Source of the DNA: Clostridia bacterium
Lineage (GTDB): Bacteria; Bacillota; Clostridia; TANB77; CAG-508
Assembly: GCA_017479865.1 (NCBI GenBank)
Contig: JAFVBS010000003.1
Location: forward strand, 3,108-67,107
Length of the DNA stretch: 64,000 nt
Direction: 5' to 3'
Shown: positions 1-10,511 of the stretch, piece by piece
Layout of the letters: each line of letters starts with the position of its first letter
Numbering within the stretch: the stretch's first letter is position 1
Program-made: the position numbers and the translations under genes
The notes under the pieces: generated by a model
Seen by the model: only the letters and a program-made list of their open reading frames with translations
Database searches by the model: none
What the model was told of the DNA's origin: nothing

Positions 1-27
1 TCAAAAATAATAAAGGAGAGTAAAAAC

Positions 28-1392
28 ATGAGAAAATATTTTGGAACAGATGGAATTAGGAGAATTGCTAACACAGAGTTATCACCAGAATTGGTATATC
101 GTGTAGCAAAAGCGGGAGCTTATGTGTTGTCAAAACATAACAATCATACTCCTACCATTTTAATTGGAAGAGATACAAGAATTTCTGGAACGTTAATTGA
201 AAGTGCTATGACAGCGGGGTTCTTGAGCTATGGCGCTAATGTTAAAAGTGTAGGTGTATTACCAACACCAGGAGTAGCCTATTTAACGAAAAAAATGAAA
301 GCGGATGCAAGCGTAGTTATTTCTGCATCACACAATACATATGAATTTAATGGAGTAAAATATTTTAGTAATTTAGGCATGAAAATTTCAGACGAAATCG
401 AAGAAGAAATTGAAGAAATGATGGACTCTGACAAATTAAACGATTTCTCAGCAGTTGGAGAAAAAATAGGAACAGCAGAAGTAAGAACAGATCTTTTAGA
501 TGAATATGTATATTTCTTTAGAAAAACATTTGAAGAGGATTTTGAAAACTTTGAGAAAGACAATTTTGTAGTAGCAATAGATACTGCTAATGGAGCCACA
601 TCTGTCGTGGCGGAAAAGGTATTTTCAGCATTAGGAATTAAGCATTATATTTTGAATAATACTCCAAATGGTATCAATATTAATGAAAACTGTGGTTCTA
701 CCCATTTAGATGTTTTGAAAAAATATGTAGTTGAGAACAAATGCAATTTAGGAATTGCCTATGATGGCGATGGAGATAGATGCTTAGCTGTCGATGAAAC
801 CGGAAATGAAATTGATGGCGACAGATTATTAGCTATTCTTTCTCATTATATGAAAGAAAAGAAAACCTTGGCAAAAGATACGGTGGTTGCTACTGTTATG
901 AGTAACTTGGGATTCAAAAAGTATGCAGCACAAAGTGATATTAATTTTGTAGAAACTAAAGTGGGAGATAGATATGTGCTAGAACAAATGCTAAAGAATG
1001 GATATAATTTAGGAGGAGAGCAATCAGGACACATTATTTTCTTAGATTATAATCCTACAGGGGATGGTATTTTAACGTCATTGATGCTTATCAAAGTCAT
1101 GTTGGAAAAACAAAAAAAGGCATCAGAACTTTGTGAAATTATTAGAATATATCCACAAGTACTAATTAATGCAAAAGTAGCAAGCGATAAAAAAGAAAGA
1201 TACAAAGAAGATGAAGAGATCCAAACGGAAATTGCTAATTTAGAAAAAGAATTTTCCGGTAATGGAAGAATTTTGATTAGACCTTCAGGAACCGAACCAC
1301 TTGTACGCGTAATGATAGAAGGAGAAAATCAAGAATACATTCGAAAAAAAGCAGAAAATTTAGCAAAACTCATTGAAAAAAAATTGAATTAA
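28..1392 (+). CDS. glmM: phosphoglucosamine mutase
   Basis: 454 aa; GTDGIR N-terminus and SASHNTYEFNGVKYF phosphoserine loop typical of GlmM; RBS aggagag 8 nt upstream. Confidence 0.9.
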   Translation: MRKYFGTDGIRRIANTELSPELVYRVAKAGAYVLSKHNNHTPTILIGRDTRISGTLIESAMTAGFLSYGANVKSVGVLPTPGVAYLTKKMKADASVVISASHNTYEFNGVKYFSNLGMKISDEIEEEIEEMMDSDKLNDFSAVGEKIGTAEVRTDLLDEYVYFFRKTFEEDFENFEKDNFVVAIDTANGATSVVAEKVFSALGIKHYILNNTPNGININENCGSTHLDVLKKYVVENKCNLGIAYDGDGDRCLAVDETGNEIDGDRLLAILSHYMKEKKTLAKDTVVATVMSNLGFKKYAAQSDINFVETKVGDRYVLEQMLKNGYNLGGEQSGHIIFLDYNPTGDGILTSLMLIKVMLEKQKKASELCEIIRIYPQVLINAKVASDKKERYKEDEEIQTEIANLEKEFSGNGRILIRPSGTEPLVRVMIEGENQEYIRKKAENLAKLIEKKLN

Positions 1393-1435
1393 GTATACAA
1401 TAAAAGAAATTTAGAAAACAAAGGAGGAATTGAAA

Positions 1436-1774
1436 ATGCCAATTATTAATTTTACAAACCCAATTGCAGTATTATTAGGAGTCATACTATTTGTTCTAGT
1501 CCTATATTTAGGAAGAGAAACAAAAAAATCATGGATTATGGCAACAATGCTTGTAGCTTTTTTACTTTTATTAATTGCTCATACCATTGAATTTTCAACA
1601 ATTGCTTCAACGAGTGATATCATTCGTAAAGCAACTATGACTTCAGCAACATTTGATTTAGTATTTATCTTCTTATCATTTATTACATATCTATGGATTG
1701 ACGATATGGAAGTAAAAGAAGGAAAGAAAAAAAGTATTGATAATAGTCTAGATTGGTTTTGGAATAAAGCTTAG
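1436..1774 (+). CDS. small hypothetical membrane protein (three predicted TM helices)
   Basis: ATG follows aaaggagg RBS; hydrophobic segments; no recognisable family. Confidence 0.5.
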   Translation: MPIINFTNPIAVLLGVILFVLVLYLGRETKKSWIMATMLVAFLLLLIAHTIEFSTIASTSDIIRKATMTSATFDLVFIFLSFITYLWIDDMEVKEGKKKSIDNSLDWFWNKA

Positions 1775-1798
1775 GTAAGAAAGGACTTAAAAACAACT

Positions 1799-3364
1799 AT
1801 GGAAAAATTTTATTTAACGACACCTATTTATTATCCTAGTGGAAAATTTCACATTGGAACGGCCTATACAACAGTACTTGCCAATACCATTAAACGATAT
1901 AAAAAAGCGAGAGGGTATGATGCATACCTTCTTACTGGTACGGATGAGCATGGACAAAAGATTGAGCAAGTGGCAATGAAAGAAGGAAAAACACCACAAG
2001 AACATGTCGATAAAATGGCAGAAGAAGCTAAAAAGTTATGGAATTTAATGGAAATTGAATATGATGACTTTATTCGTACTACGCAAGAAAGACACGAAAC
2101 TGTTGTTGCCGACATTTTTGACAGATTAATGGAACAAGGGGACATTTATAAGTCAGAATATGAAGGCTGGTATTGTATGCCTTGTGAAACTTATTTTACG
2201 GAAAGACAGCTAGTTGATGGAAAATGTCCAGACTGTGGAAGAGAAGTAAAAAAAATGAAAGAAGAAGCATATTTTTTCAATATGAAAAAGTATGCAGATC
2301 GATTGATTCAATTTTATCATGATAATCCAAATTTTATCTTGCCAGAATCAAGAAAAAATGAATTGTTTAACAATTTTTTAAAACCGGGCCTAGAGGATTT
2401 ATGTGTTAGCCGTACTAGCTTTGATTGGGGAATTAAAGTAAAAAAAGATCCAAAACATGTTATTTATGTATGGCTTGATGCACTTACCAATTATATCACA
2501 GCATTGGGGTATGGCTCACAAGATGATAGTTTAATGAAAAAATACTGGCCGGCAGATTTACAATTAGTTGGCAAGGACATTATTCGTTTTCATGGTATTT
2601 ATTGGCCTATTTTCCTTATGGCATTAGGATTACCAATTCCAAAGCAAATTTATGCTCATGGATGGATTATGATGAAGGACGGCAAAATGTCTAAGTCGAA
2701 GGGAAATGTCATTTATCCAGAGCCATTAATTGAACGTTATGGATTAGATGCTTTTCAATATTTTATTCTTCGAGAGATGTCTTTTGGACAGGATGGAACT
2801 TTTACGCCAGAAAGTTTTGTGGAAAGATTTAACTTTGATTTATGTAATGACCTAGGAAATTTGTTAAATAGAACGATTGGTATGTTAAATAAATATTTTG
2901 ATGGGAAAGTAGAAAAATATTGTGATGCAAATAAAGAACTTGACAAAACATTAGAAAACTATGCAATTGGAAGTATTGCACAAGTTGAAAATGAATTTGA
3001 TACTTATTACATTAGTAATGCTATTGCAGAAACATGGAATTTAGTAGCAAGAACCAATAAATATATTGACGAAACGGCACCATGGGTATTGTACAAAGAA
3101 GAAAAGCAAGAAGAATTAAAAAGTGTAATGTACCATTTGGTAGAAAATTTAAGAAAAATTGCTATATTAATTAGCCCATATATGAAACATACATCTAATA
3201 GAATTTTGGACCAATTGAATATTCCTGAGAATTTAAGAACTTGGGATACCTTACATACTTATGATAAAATTGCAAATATTCAAGTAACAAAAACACCAGA
3301 TGTTTTATTCGCAAGATTGGAAAAAGAACAAGAAATCGAAGCAATTAAGGGAATGATGAAATAA
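1799..3364 (+). CDS. metG: methionine--tRNA ligase (short form)
   Basis: 521 aa; class I HIGH-type motif (HIGTAYT), KMSKS motif, CPDC zinc knuckle. Confidence 0.9.
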   Translation: MEKFYLTTPIYYPSGKFHIGTAYTTVLANTIKRYKKARGYDAYLLTGTDEHGQKIEQVAMKEGKTPQEHVDKMAEEAKKLWNLMEIEYDDFIRTTQERHETVVADIFDRLMEQGDIYKSEYEGWYCMPCETYFTERQLVDGKCPDCGREVKKMKEEAYFFNMKKYADRLIQFYHDNPNFILPESRKNELFNNFLKPGLEDLCVSRTSFDWGIKVKKDPKHVIYVWLDALTNYITALGYGSQDDSLMKKYWPADLQLVGKDIIRFHGIYWPIFLMALGLPIPKQIYAHGWIMMKDGKMSKSKGNVIYPEPLIERYGLDAFQYFILREMSFGQDGTFTPESFVERFNFDLCNDLGNLLNRTIGMLNKYFDGKVEKYCDANKELDKTLENYAIGSIAQVENEFDTYYISNAIAETWNLVARTNKYIDETAPWVLYKEEKQEELKSVMYHLVENLRKIAILISPYMKHTSNRILDQLNIPENLRTWDTLHTYDKIANIQVTKTPDVLFARLEKEQEIEAIKGMMK

Positions 3365-3371
3365 AAATGAG

Positions 3372-3411
3372 ATACAATTCTCTTCTAGTAAAGAAGAGAG
3401 TTGTATTTTTT
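3372..3411 (+). terminator. rho-independent terminator after metG
   Basis: hairpin atacaattctcttct/agaagagagttgtat followed by a T-run. Confidence 0.55.
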
Positions 3412-3438
3412 ATGCATAAGTTTTATTTTATGAGATTT

Positions 3439-3467
3439 TTGACAGGTTATGTAAATTGTGGTATAAT
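3439..3467 (+). promoter_or_regulatory. sigma-A type promoter (TTGACA-17-TGgTATAAT)
   Basis: perfect -35 TTGACA, 17 nt spacer, extended -10 TGgTATAAT about 70 nt upstream of the L,D-transpeptidase gene. Confidence 0.5.
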
Positions 3468-3537
3468 GATAATGCACATTTTTTATATCATGCTAATGAT
3501 GTAATTACATTAGCAAAATGTTGAAAGGAGATATATT

Positions 3538-4932
3538 ATGGCACGGCATAATAGAAGATGGAGAGTAAATAGAGGCACAAGGATTACCAGCACAATTATT
3601 ATTGTTTTGGTGGCAGTATTTGCCTTTTTCTATGGTATTACAATATTCCTGCAAACGCATTTTCCGAGAGGAACCAGCATTCTGGGTGTCAACTGCTCAT
3701 GGTTAACAACCCAACAGGCAACTCGAAAAATTAACGAAAAGCTTAAGAATGAGGCGATTGACTTTTGGTTTGATGATGGAACAAAAACTGAAATTCTTGG
3801 AAATGAAATTGACTTAACTTTAGCAAACGGTGAGAATTTAGAAGAAATTTTACAGGAGGCAAGGAAAAGTACATTTGAGAGGACATTTCTAAGTCGGGAG
3901 GGCTTTTCTTTTAATCAAGCAAAACTTAATGAGAGTATTCAAACCATGTTAGAGCGTCGACCCAGTATACAAAAACCGCAAGATGCGAGTATTAAACAGA
4001 ATGATGTGGGCTTTTTAGAAATTGTGCCAGAGGTTTACGGAGATGAATTTGACCGGGACAGAGTATTTGAGGTTGCAGAAAGAGGGCTAGAACTTGGAGA
4101 AACTACCATCCTTCTTGGTGGTTTAGAAAAAGTTCAGCCAGCCATCAAGTCAGTTGATTTGCAAAAGAAAGTGGAACAAATTAATTCCATTTTGTCCAGT
4201 AAACTTGAAATTCAGCTACTTGATGAAAGCACTTGCACTTTAGACGTCAATGCTATGAGAAATTGGGTGTACCAAGACCAAGATGGAAATTATGCCATTG
4301 ACATCGAACAAGGTGTTTCTAACTTTGTGCAAGTCCTCGCAGAGACAGCAAAAGAAGCTAGTAGTACTCTTAATTTTTCTGCAACGGGAATAGGCAATAT
4401 TATGCTTACTATTCCGGCCAATAAAAGAGCAATTGTTGACCAAGAGAAAACAATTGAGCAAATTAAAGGCCACTTGGGAAGTCTTGAAGCTTGTAAATTG
4501 ACACCGGTCTACCAACAAACTACCAAGCTTACAAATTTGTCAAGTTATGTTGAAATTGACATTACAAGGCAAAATGTATGGCTTTATAAAGATGGAGCAT
4601 GTTTGGTGGATACTCCTTGTGTTACAGGAATGAAGGGAAAACACGATACACCAACTGGGGTATATACATTAACCAGCAAAGCGAAAAATGCCACATTAAG
4701 GGGAAGAAATGACAACGGTAGTAAGTATGCCTCTTTTGTCAAGTATTGGATGCCTTTTAATGGAGGAATAGGCTTACATGATGCTGATGGATGGAGAAGA
4801 CTATCTGAATATGGAGGAACAACCTATCTGTACCATGGCTCCCACGGTTGTGTCAACTTGCCAAGCTCTGCTGCAAAAACAATCTATGAAAATATTGATT
4901 TTACCATGCCAATCATAGTGTACGCTTCTTAA
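3538..4932 (+). CDS. L,D-transpeptidase family protein (YkuD domain) with N-terminal membrane anchor
   Basis: C-terminal GLHDADGW...YHGSHGCVNLP matches the YkuD catalytic His/Cys motif; N-terminal TM segment. Confidence 0.7.
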   Translation: MARHNRRWRVNRGTRITSTIIIVLVAVFAFFYGITIFLQTHFPRGTSILGVNCSWLTTQQATRKINEKLKNEAIDFWFDDGTKTEILGNEIDLTLANGENLEEILQEARKSTFERTFLSREGFSFNQAKLNESIQTMLERRPSIQKPQDASIKQNDVGFLEIVPEVYGDEFDRDRVFEVAERGLELGETTILLGGLEKVQPAIKSVDLQKKVEQINSILSSKLEIQLLDESTCTLDVNAMRNWVYQDQDGNYAIDIEQGVSNFVQVLAETAKEASSTLNFSATGIGNIMLTIPANKRAIVDQEKTIEQIKGHLGSLEACKLTPVYQQTTKLTNLSSYVEIDITRQNVWLYKDGACLVDTPCVTGMKGKHDTPTGVYTLTSKAKNATLRGRNDNGSKYASFVKYWMPFNGGIGLHDADGWRRLSEYGGTTYLYHGSHGCVNLPSSAAKTIYENIDFTMPIIVYAS

Positions 4933-4974
4933 ACACTAAAACAGTAATCCTAATAGGAGAACTAAAGAGCAAAA

Positions 4975-5002
4975 TGGCCTAGCTTTATAGCTAGGCTTTT
5001 TG
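4975..5002 (+). terminator. rho-independent terminator
   Basis: gcctagct-ttat-agctaggc hairpin followed by a T-run. Confidence 0.5.
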
Positions 5003-5013
5003 CTAAAAAATAC

Positions 5014-5042
5014 TTGACAATTCCGAACCAATGTTTTAGAAT
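5014..5042 (+). promoter_or_regulatory. sigma-A type promoter upstream of uvrA (TTGACA-17-TAGAAT)
   Basis: consensus -35 and near-consensus -10 about 30 nt upstream of the uvrA RBS. Confidence 0.4.
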
Positions 5043-5070
5043 ATTGTTATTAGTTATTTAGGGGGAAACT

Positions 5071-7893
5071 ATGCAAAATAGTATTATCATAAAAGGTGCA
5101 AAAGCACATAATTTAAAAAATATCAATCTAGAAATACCAAGAGATAAATTAGTTGTTATTACTGGACTTTCAGGTTCTGGAAAATCCTCATTGGCCTTTG
5201 ATACGCTTTATGCAGAAGGACAAAGAAGATATGTAGAAAGTTTATCTTCCTATGCAAGGCAGTTCTTGGGGTTAATGGAAAAACCAGATGTAGAATCCAT
5301 TGAAGGACTTTCACCAGCCATTTCCATTGATCAAAAAACTACATCAAAAAATCCACGTTCTACAGTAGGAACGGTAACAGAAATTTATGACTATATTCGT
5401 TTACTTTATGCCAGAATTGGCATTCCTTATTGTCCAAACTGTGGGAAAAAAATAGAAAAACAAACTCTTGACCAAATAGTGGATAATATTATGAGCTTAG
5501 AAGAAGGGACGAGAATACAAGTACTTGCTCCTGTTGTTCGTGGAAGAAAAGGAGAATATACAAAGCAATTAGAAAGCTACCAAAAAGAAGGGTTTGTCCG
5601 TGTCATAATTGATGGAAAACTGTATGAACTGACTGATGACATTGAAATTGACCGTAAGAAAAAGCATAATATTAGTTTGGTAATTGACAGGCTAGTTGTG
5701 AAACCAGACATTAGAAGTCGTTTAGCAGAGTCGGTAGAAATTGCATTAAAGCATGCCGATAATTTAGTAAGTGTGGAAATTCCAGGTGAAAAAGAAATGC
5801 TTTTTAGCCAAAACTATGCGTGCCCAGATTGTGGTATTAGCTTTGAAGAGTTAACGCCTAGAATGTTTTCATTCAATAATCCATTTGGCGCTTGCCCTAC
5901 ATGTACAGGAATTGGCTATTTAATGAAAATGGACGAGGACTTAATCATTCCAGATAAAAACAAAACGCTTTATGATGGGGTCAAAGCCTTTGGTGCTAGT
6001 ACCATGAAACGTGGAGATACTATGGCAAAAATGTACTTTGAAAGCATTGCAAAACACTATGGAGTTGATATTTCTGTGCCTATTAAAAAATTACCAAGAA
6101 GTTTCCTAGAGAAAATATTATATGGTACAGGAGACGAGGTAATTGACTTTGAATATACCTCTTATGCAGGTACTAGAAAATACAGTAGCCCATTTGAAGG
6201 TGTGTTACCAACCTTAGAAAGAAGACACAATGAAACCAAATCACAGGGAATGAGAGAATTCTATGAATACTATATGACAGACCATCCATGCCCAGACTGT
6301 CATGGATCTCGACTAAAGCCAGAAAGTTTAGCAGTTAAAGTAGGAAACAAAAACATTAATGAATTAACCGCAATGTCAATTGATCAAATCAAAAGCTTTT
6401 TAAATTCTCTCAAATTAAGTAATAAGGAGGCAATGATTGCTGACCAAATTTTGAAGGAACTTCATAAGCGATTACAATTTTTAATTGATGTAGGGCTAGA
6501 CTATTTAACTCTTAGTAGAAGTGCAGGAACATTATCAGGGGGAGAGGCACAACGTATTCGTTTAGCCACTCAAATTGGTTCTGGACTAACAGGAGTATTA
6601 TACATCTTAGATGAACCAAGTATTGGATTGCATCAACGTGATAATGACAAGTTATTAGCTACCTTAAAAAAATTAAGAGATTTAGGCAATAGTGTTTTAG
6701 TTGTAGAGCATGATGAGGATACCATGTATGCCGCAGACCAAATTATTGATATCGGACCAGGTGCTGGTGTTCATGGAGGAAGGGTCATGGCACAAGGAAC
6801 AGCAGAAGAAATTAAAAATGTGGAGAATTCTATTACAGGACAATATTTGAGTGGTAGAAAACAAATTCCAGTTCCTAAAAAACGAAGAAAATCAAATGGA
6901 AAAGCCATTGAGGTTAAAAATGCTGCAGAGCATAATTTAAAAAATATTAATGTCAAATTTCCATTAGGACAGTTTATTTGTGTGACTGGCGTTTCAGGCT
7001 CTGGTAAAAGTACTTTGGTTGATGAAGTGCTTTATAAAAGTTTAGCCAAGGATTTATATGGTTCTAAAGAAAAACCAGGTAAATGCAAAGAAATTAAAGG
7101 ATTTGAGAACATTGATAAAATTATTAATATCGATCAATCTCCAATCGGAAGAACACCTCGTTCTAACCCAGCAACCTATACCGGGGTGTTTGATATCATT
7201 CGTGACCTATTTGCTGGAACCAATGAGGCAAAGATGCGTGGATATGATAAAGGTAGGTTTAGCTTTAATGTGCCAGGAGGAAGGTGTGAGGCATGTACTG
7301 GAGATGGAATGATTCGTATTGAAATGCACTTTTTACCAGATATTTATGTACCTTGTGAAGTATGCAAAGGAAAGCGATATAATCAAGAAACATTAGAAGT
7401 AAAGTATAAGGGAAAGACGATTTCTGATGTATTAGACATGACAGTGGAAGAAGCATTAGGCTTTTTTCAAAATGTACCTAGAATTAAGAGCAAAATTCAA
7501 ACATTGTATGATGTGGGATTGGGCTATATTAAACTGGGACAACCTTCTACCACTTTATCTGGAGGAGAGGCCCAAAGAGTAAAATTAGCAACAGAGCTTT
7601 CCAAAAAAGCCACTGGAAAAACATTGTATATTTTAGACGAACCAACTACAGGACTTCATATTGCCGATGTTCACAGACTAGTGGATATTTTACACCGTTT
7701 AGTAGATACTGGAAATAGCATTATTGTTATTGAGCATAACTTGGATTTAATCAAAACGGCAGACTATATTATAGACTTAGGACCAGAGGGAGGAGAAAAA
7801 GGTGGCCAAATTGTTGCAGTAGGTACACCGGAACAAGTGGTCAAAAACGAGGCAAGCTATACAGGTAAGTTTTTGAAGAAGTATTTGATGTAA
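5071..7893 (+). CDS. uvrA: excinuclease ABC subunit A
   Basis: 940 aa; two ABC ATPase modules (GLSGSGKSS and GVSGSGKST Walker A), zinc-finger CxxC pairs, LSGGEAQR signatures. Confidence 0.95.
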   Translation: MQNSIIIKGAKAHNLKNINLEIPRDKLVVITGLSGSGKSSLAFDTLYAEGQRRYVESLSSYARQFLGLMEKPDVESIEGLSPAISIDQKTTSKNPRSTVGTVTEIYDYIRLLYARIGIPYCPNCGKKIEKQTLDQIVDNIMSLEEGTRIQVLAPVVRGRKGEYTKQLESYQKEGFVRVIIDGKLYELTDDIEIDRKKKHNISLVIDRLVVKPDIRSRLAESVEIALKHADNLVSVEIPGEKEMLFSQNYACPDCGISFEELTPRMFSFNNPFGACPTCTGIGYLMKMDEDLIIPDKNKTLYDGVKAFGASTMKRGDTMAKMYFESIAKHYGVDISVPIKKLPRSFLEKILYGTGDEVIDFEYTSYAGTRKYSSPFEGVLPTLERRHNETKSQGMREFYEYYMTDHPCPDCHGSRLKPESLAVKVGNKNINELTAMSIDQIKSFLNSLKLSNKEAMIADQILKELHKRLQFLIDVGLDYLTLSRSAGTLSGGEAQRIRLATQIGSGLTGVLYILDEPSIGLHQRDNDKLLATLKKLRDLGNSVLVVEHDEDTMYAADQIIDIGPGAGVHGGRVMAQGTAEEIKNVENSITGQYLSGRKQIPVPKKRRKSNGKAIEVKNAAEHNLKNINVKFPLGQFICVTGVSGSGKSTLVDEVLYKSLAKDLYGSKEKPGKCKEIKGFENIDKIINIDQSPIGRTPRSNPATYTGVFDIIRDLFAGTNEAKMRGYDKGRFSFNVPGGRCEACTGDGMIRIEMHFLPDIYVPCEVCKGKRYNQETLEVKYKGKTISDVLDMTVEEALGFFQNVPRIKSKIQTLYDVGLGYIKLGQPSTTLSGGEAQRVKLATELSKKATGKTLYILDEPTTGLHIADVHRLVDILHRLVDTGNSIIVIEHNLDLIKTADYIIDLGPEGGEKGGQIVAVGTPEQVVKNEASYTGKFLKKYLM

Positions 7894-8034
7894 TTGATAG
7901 TCAAACTTCGAAAATTATTAGCCGATAAGATATTATCAAAAATTAAAAAATTACCTTGCATAAAAGAAATAAATTAGGTTATAATCTATTTATTAAATAC
8001 TACCAAAGAAAAGGGTAGAAGAAGGAGGAAAAAG

Positions 8035-9111
8035 ATGGATAGAAAAGTGAAAGTTGTACAATTTGGTACAGGAAAAATGGCAGTATATACCATGCGTTAT
8101 GTGTATGAGAAGGGTGGCGAAATTGTAGGAGCAATTGATGTAAATCCCGCTATTATTGGAAAAGACATTGGCGAAATTATGAAAACAGAAAATAAGGGGG
8201 TAACAGTAACTGCTTTAGAACAAGCAGAAGAAATGATTAAACAGGTAAAGCCTGATATTGCTATTGTTACTACTATGAGTTTAATTGCAGATGTAAAGGA
8301 TGCTTTGTTATTATGTGCAAAATTAGGTGTCAATGCAATTACTACTTGTGAAGAAGCATTTTATCCACAAAATTCAAATCCTAATGTCACAAAAGAAATT
8401 GATGAATTAGCAAAACAAAATGGATGTACTATTACAGGAAGTGGATACCAAGACATTTATTGGGGACAATTAATTAGTTCTATTGCTGGATCTACACAGC
8501 ATATTACAAAAATTAAAGGAAGTTCTAGCTATAACGTAGAAGACTATGGCATGGCACTTGCTAAAGCACATGGAGCAGGCTTAACGCTAGAAGAATTTGA
8601 CAAACAGATTGCTTCTGTGGATAAAATTAGTGATGAAGAAAGACAAAAAGTCATTGAATCAGGTGAGTATTTACCATCTTATATGTGGAATGTCAATGGC
8701 TGGCTATGTTCAAAATTAGGATTAACAGTAAAAAGACAAAGCCAAGTGACTGTCCCACAAACTTATAAAGAGGATATTTATTCTACCACACTTGGCATGA
8801 CAGTTAAAGCAGGCGATGCTACTGGAATGAGTGCTGTGGTAACTACCGAAACAGAAGAAGGCATTATAATAGAATCAGAATGTATTGGAAAAGTATATTC
8901 AAGAGAAGATTATGACAAAAATGAATGGTCTGTTATGGGAGAGCCAAATACTACTATTACAGTAGCAAGACCTGCTACGGTGGAACTGACTTGTGCTAGT
9001 GTTGTCAACCGTATTCCAGATGTTATTAACAGTGTACCTGGATATGTAACTAGTGAAAAACTAGGAGAATTAACTTATAAAATCAAAGCATTGAATGAAT
9101 ATGTAAAATAA
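8035..9111 (+). CDS. DapB-like NAD(P)-binding dehydrogenase family protein (resembles 2,4-diaminopentanoate/amine dehydrogenase family)
   Basis: N-terminal Rossmann-type VKVVQFGTGKMA..., ~358 aa, layout like the dihydrodipicolinate reductase N-domain; exact function uncertain. Confidence 0.45.
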   Translation: MDRKVKVVQFGTGKMAVYTMRYVYEKGGEIVGAIDVNPAIIGKDIGEIMKTENKGVTVTALEQAEEMIKQVKPDIAIVTTMSLIADVKDALLLCAKLGVNAITTCEEAFYPQNSNPNVTKEIDELAKQNGCTITGSGYQDIYWGQLISSIAGSTQHITKIKGSSSYNVEDYGMALAKAHGAGLTLEEFDKQIASVDKISDEERQKVIESGEYLPSYMWNVNGWLCSKLGLTVKRQSQVTVPQTYKEDIYSTTLGMTVKAGDATGMSAVVTTETEEGIIIESECIGKVYSREDYDKNEWSVMGEPNTTITVARPATVELTCASVVNRIPDVINSVPGYVTSEKLGELTYKIKALNEYVK

Positions 9112-9229
9112 AAATTAAAAATAAAGAACTATCGCAAATTGCTTCTGCAATTTGATGATAGTTCTTTTATTGCCTGAAAAAATATTTACTTCTAAAACAA
9201 AATATGATACAGTATTGGTAGGTGGTATT

Positions 9230-10498
9230 ATGGCAAGAAACAGACGAAATAAAAGAGAAGTAAAAAAAGTAGTACAAGCAATTCCTTTAAAAACCTTTCT
9301 TGTACTGTTGGTAATTTTAATCATGATTATTCTTGCTTGCCTATTGATTATTTTTTATCGTAATAAGCAAGAAAAACAATTGTTAACACAGCAAAGGGAA
9401 GAACTGGACAAAGCAATTTTTGCAATTTATGAAGAAACAGAAAGAAATATTGCCAATAGTAACGAAACAGTACGAGATGCTATTATTCGCATTTCGGCAG
9501 TGGGAGATATTTTGTGTGGTAATGAAATGTTGGCAGATGCCTATCATCAAGAAACAGAAACTTATGATTTTTCCCCCATGTTTCAAAATATTACAAGTTT
9601 TATTAGTAGCAGTGATATTGTTGTAGGTACTATGGAAACTAATTTTACAGAAAATAACTATTCTGGTTATGGCAATAGAAATAGTCCAAAGGAATTTGCA
9701 CAGGCTGTTAAAAATTCTGGTGTTAATTTGGTAACCCTTAGTACCAATCATGGCTTAGACTATGGTGTAGATGGATTGCAAGCAACAAAAGAGACTTTGC
9801 GAGAATTGGAGTTTGATACAGTAGGTGATAATTTAGGGGACAATAGTGTTATGATAAAAAACGTGAAGGGAACAAAAATAGCTTTCCTATCTTATACTTA
9901 TGGAGTAGAAAATCAAACAAAAAAATCCAAAGAAGAATTGGCGGCAATTAATATTTATAGTGAGGAAAAAGCTAAGAAAGAATTAGAGTATGCCAAAGAG
10001 AATGCAGACTATATTTTTGTGATTATGCATTGGGGAGAACCTTATGCTACTACTCCTAGTAATCAGCAAAAGGAGATTGCAGATTTTTTTGTCAAAAATG
10101 GGGCTAATGTAATTTTAGGAAATCACCCTGCTGCCATTCAGCCAATGGAAATTAGAAAAAATGAGGAAGAAAAAAATGTATTAGTTGCCTATTCATTAGG
10201 AAATTATATTTCTTCTATTGCCAATGATATTTCGAAGGTAGAGCTTGTGTTAAATATAGAATTACGCAAAAGTGGACAAGATGGAACAGTAGTACTCAGT
10301 AAGGTGGATTATACTCCAATTTATGTGTTAGATCATGGAGCAAAAGCAGAAAACCGCTATGAATTGATTGACATGAAGGGTGTTGCTAGAGCATATGCTG
10401 ATGGAAATCAAGAGATTGTGACAAAGAAAATCTATCATAAATTAATAGAAGGATTAAAACTATTAGAAAAAGTAATTCCAACAGAAAAAGAAGAATAA
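9230..10498 (+). CDS. CapA family protein (PgsA-like metallophosphatase domain), membrane anchored
   Basis: ATG at 9230 after ggtgg RBS; TM segment then a CapA/PGA-synthesis-type domain (VGDILCG..., FVIMHWGEPY, LGNHP). Confidence 0.65.
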   Translation: MARNRRNKREVKKVVQAIPLKTFLVLLVILIMIILACLLIIFYRNKQEKQLLTQQREELDKAIFAIYEETERNIANSNETVRDAIIRISAVGDILCGNEMLADAYHQETETYDFSPMFQNITSFISSSDIVVGTMETNFTENNYSGYGNRNSPKEFAQAVKNSGVNLVTLSTNHGLDYGVDGLQATKETLRELEFDTVGDNLGDNSVMIKNVKGTKIAFLSYTYGVENQTKKSKEELAAINIYSEEKAKKELEYAKENADYIFVIMHWGEPYATTPSNQQKEIADFFVKNGANVILGNHPAAIQPMEIRKNEEEKNVLVAYSLGNYISSIANDISKVELVLNIELRKSGQDGTVVLSKVDYTPIYVLDHGAKAENRYELIDMKGVARAYADGNQEIVTKKIYHKLIEGLKLLEKVIPTEKEE

Positions 10499-10511
10499 GT
10501 GAGGGAGAACA

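Noticed and set aside
279-599. Minus-strand ORFs of 60-150 aa embedded in large plus-strand genes (e.g. 279-599, 1864-2145, 25258-25695, 43669-43887, 46159-46500)
   Set aside because: They lie antisense inside well-supported conserved genes, lack RBS, and have low-complexity translations; treated as six-frame noise
4054-4056. Idea that CGG is an unassigned or hungry codon that forces +1 shifting at every CGG-A
   Set aside because: In-frame CGG codons occur as Arg within intact ORFs, including CGG-A at 21796-21799 (...GSRKEV... in the MBL hydrolase) and CGG-G at 4054-4056. CGG is therefore decoded normally at least at some sites.
7058-7312. 84 aa plus-strand ORF inside uvrA in another frame
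   Set aside because: Completely nested within the uvrA coding frame and has no RBS; overlap artefact
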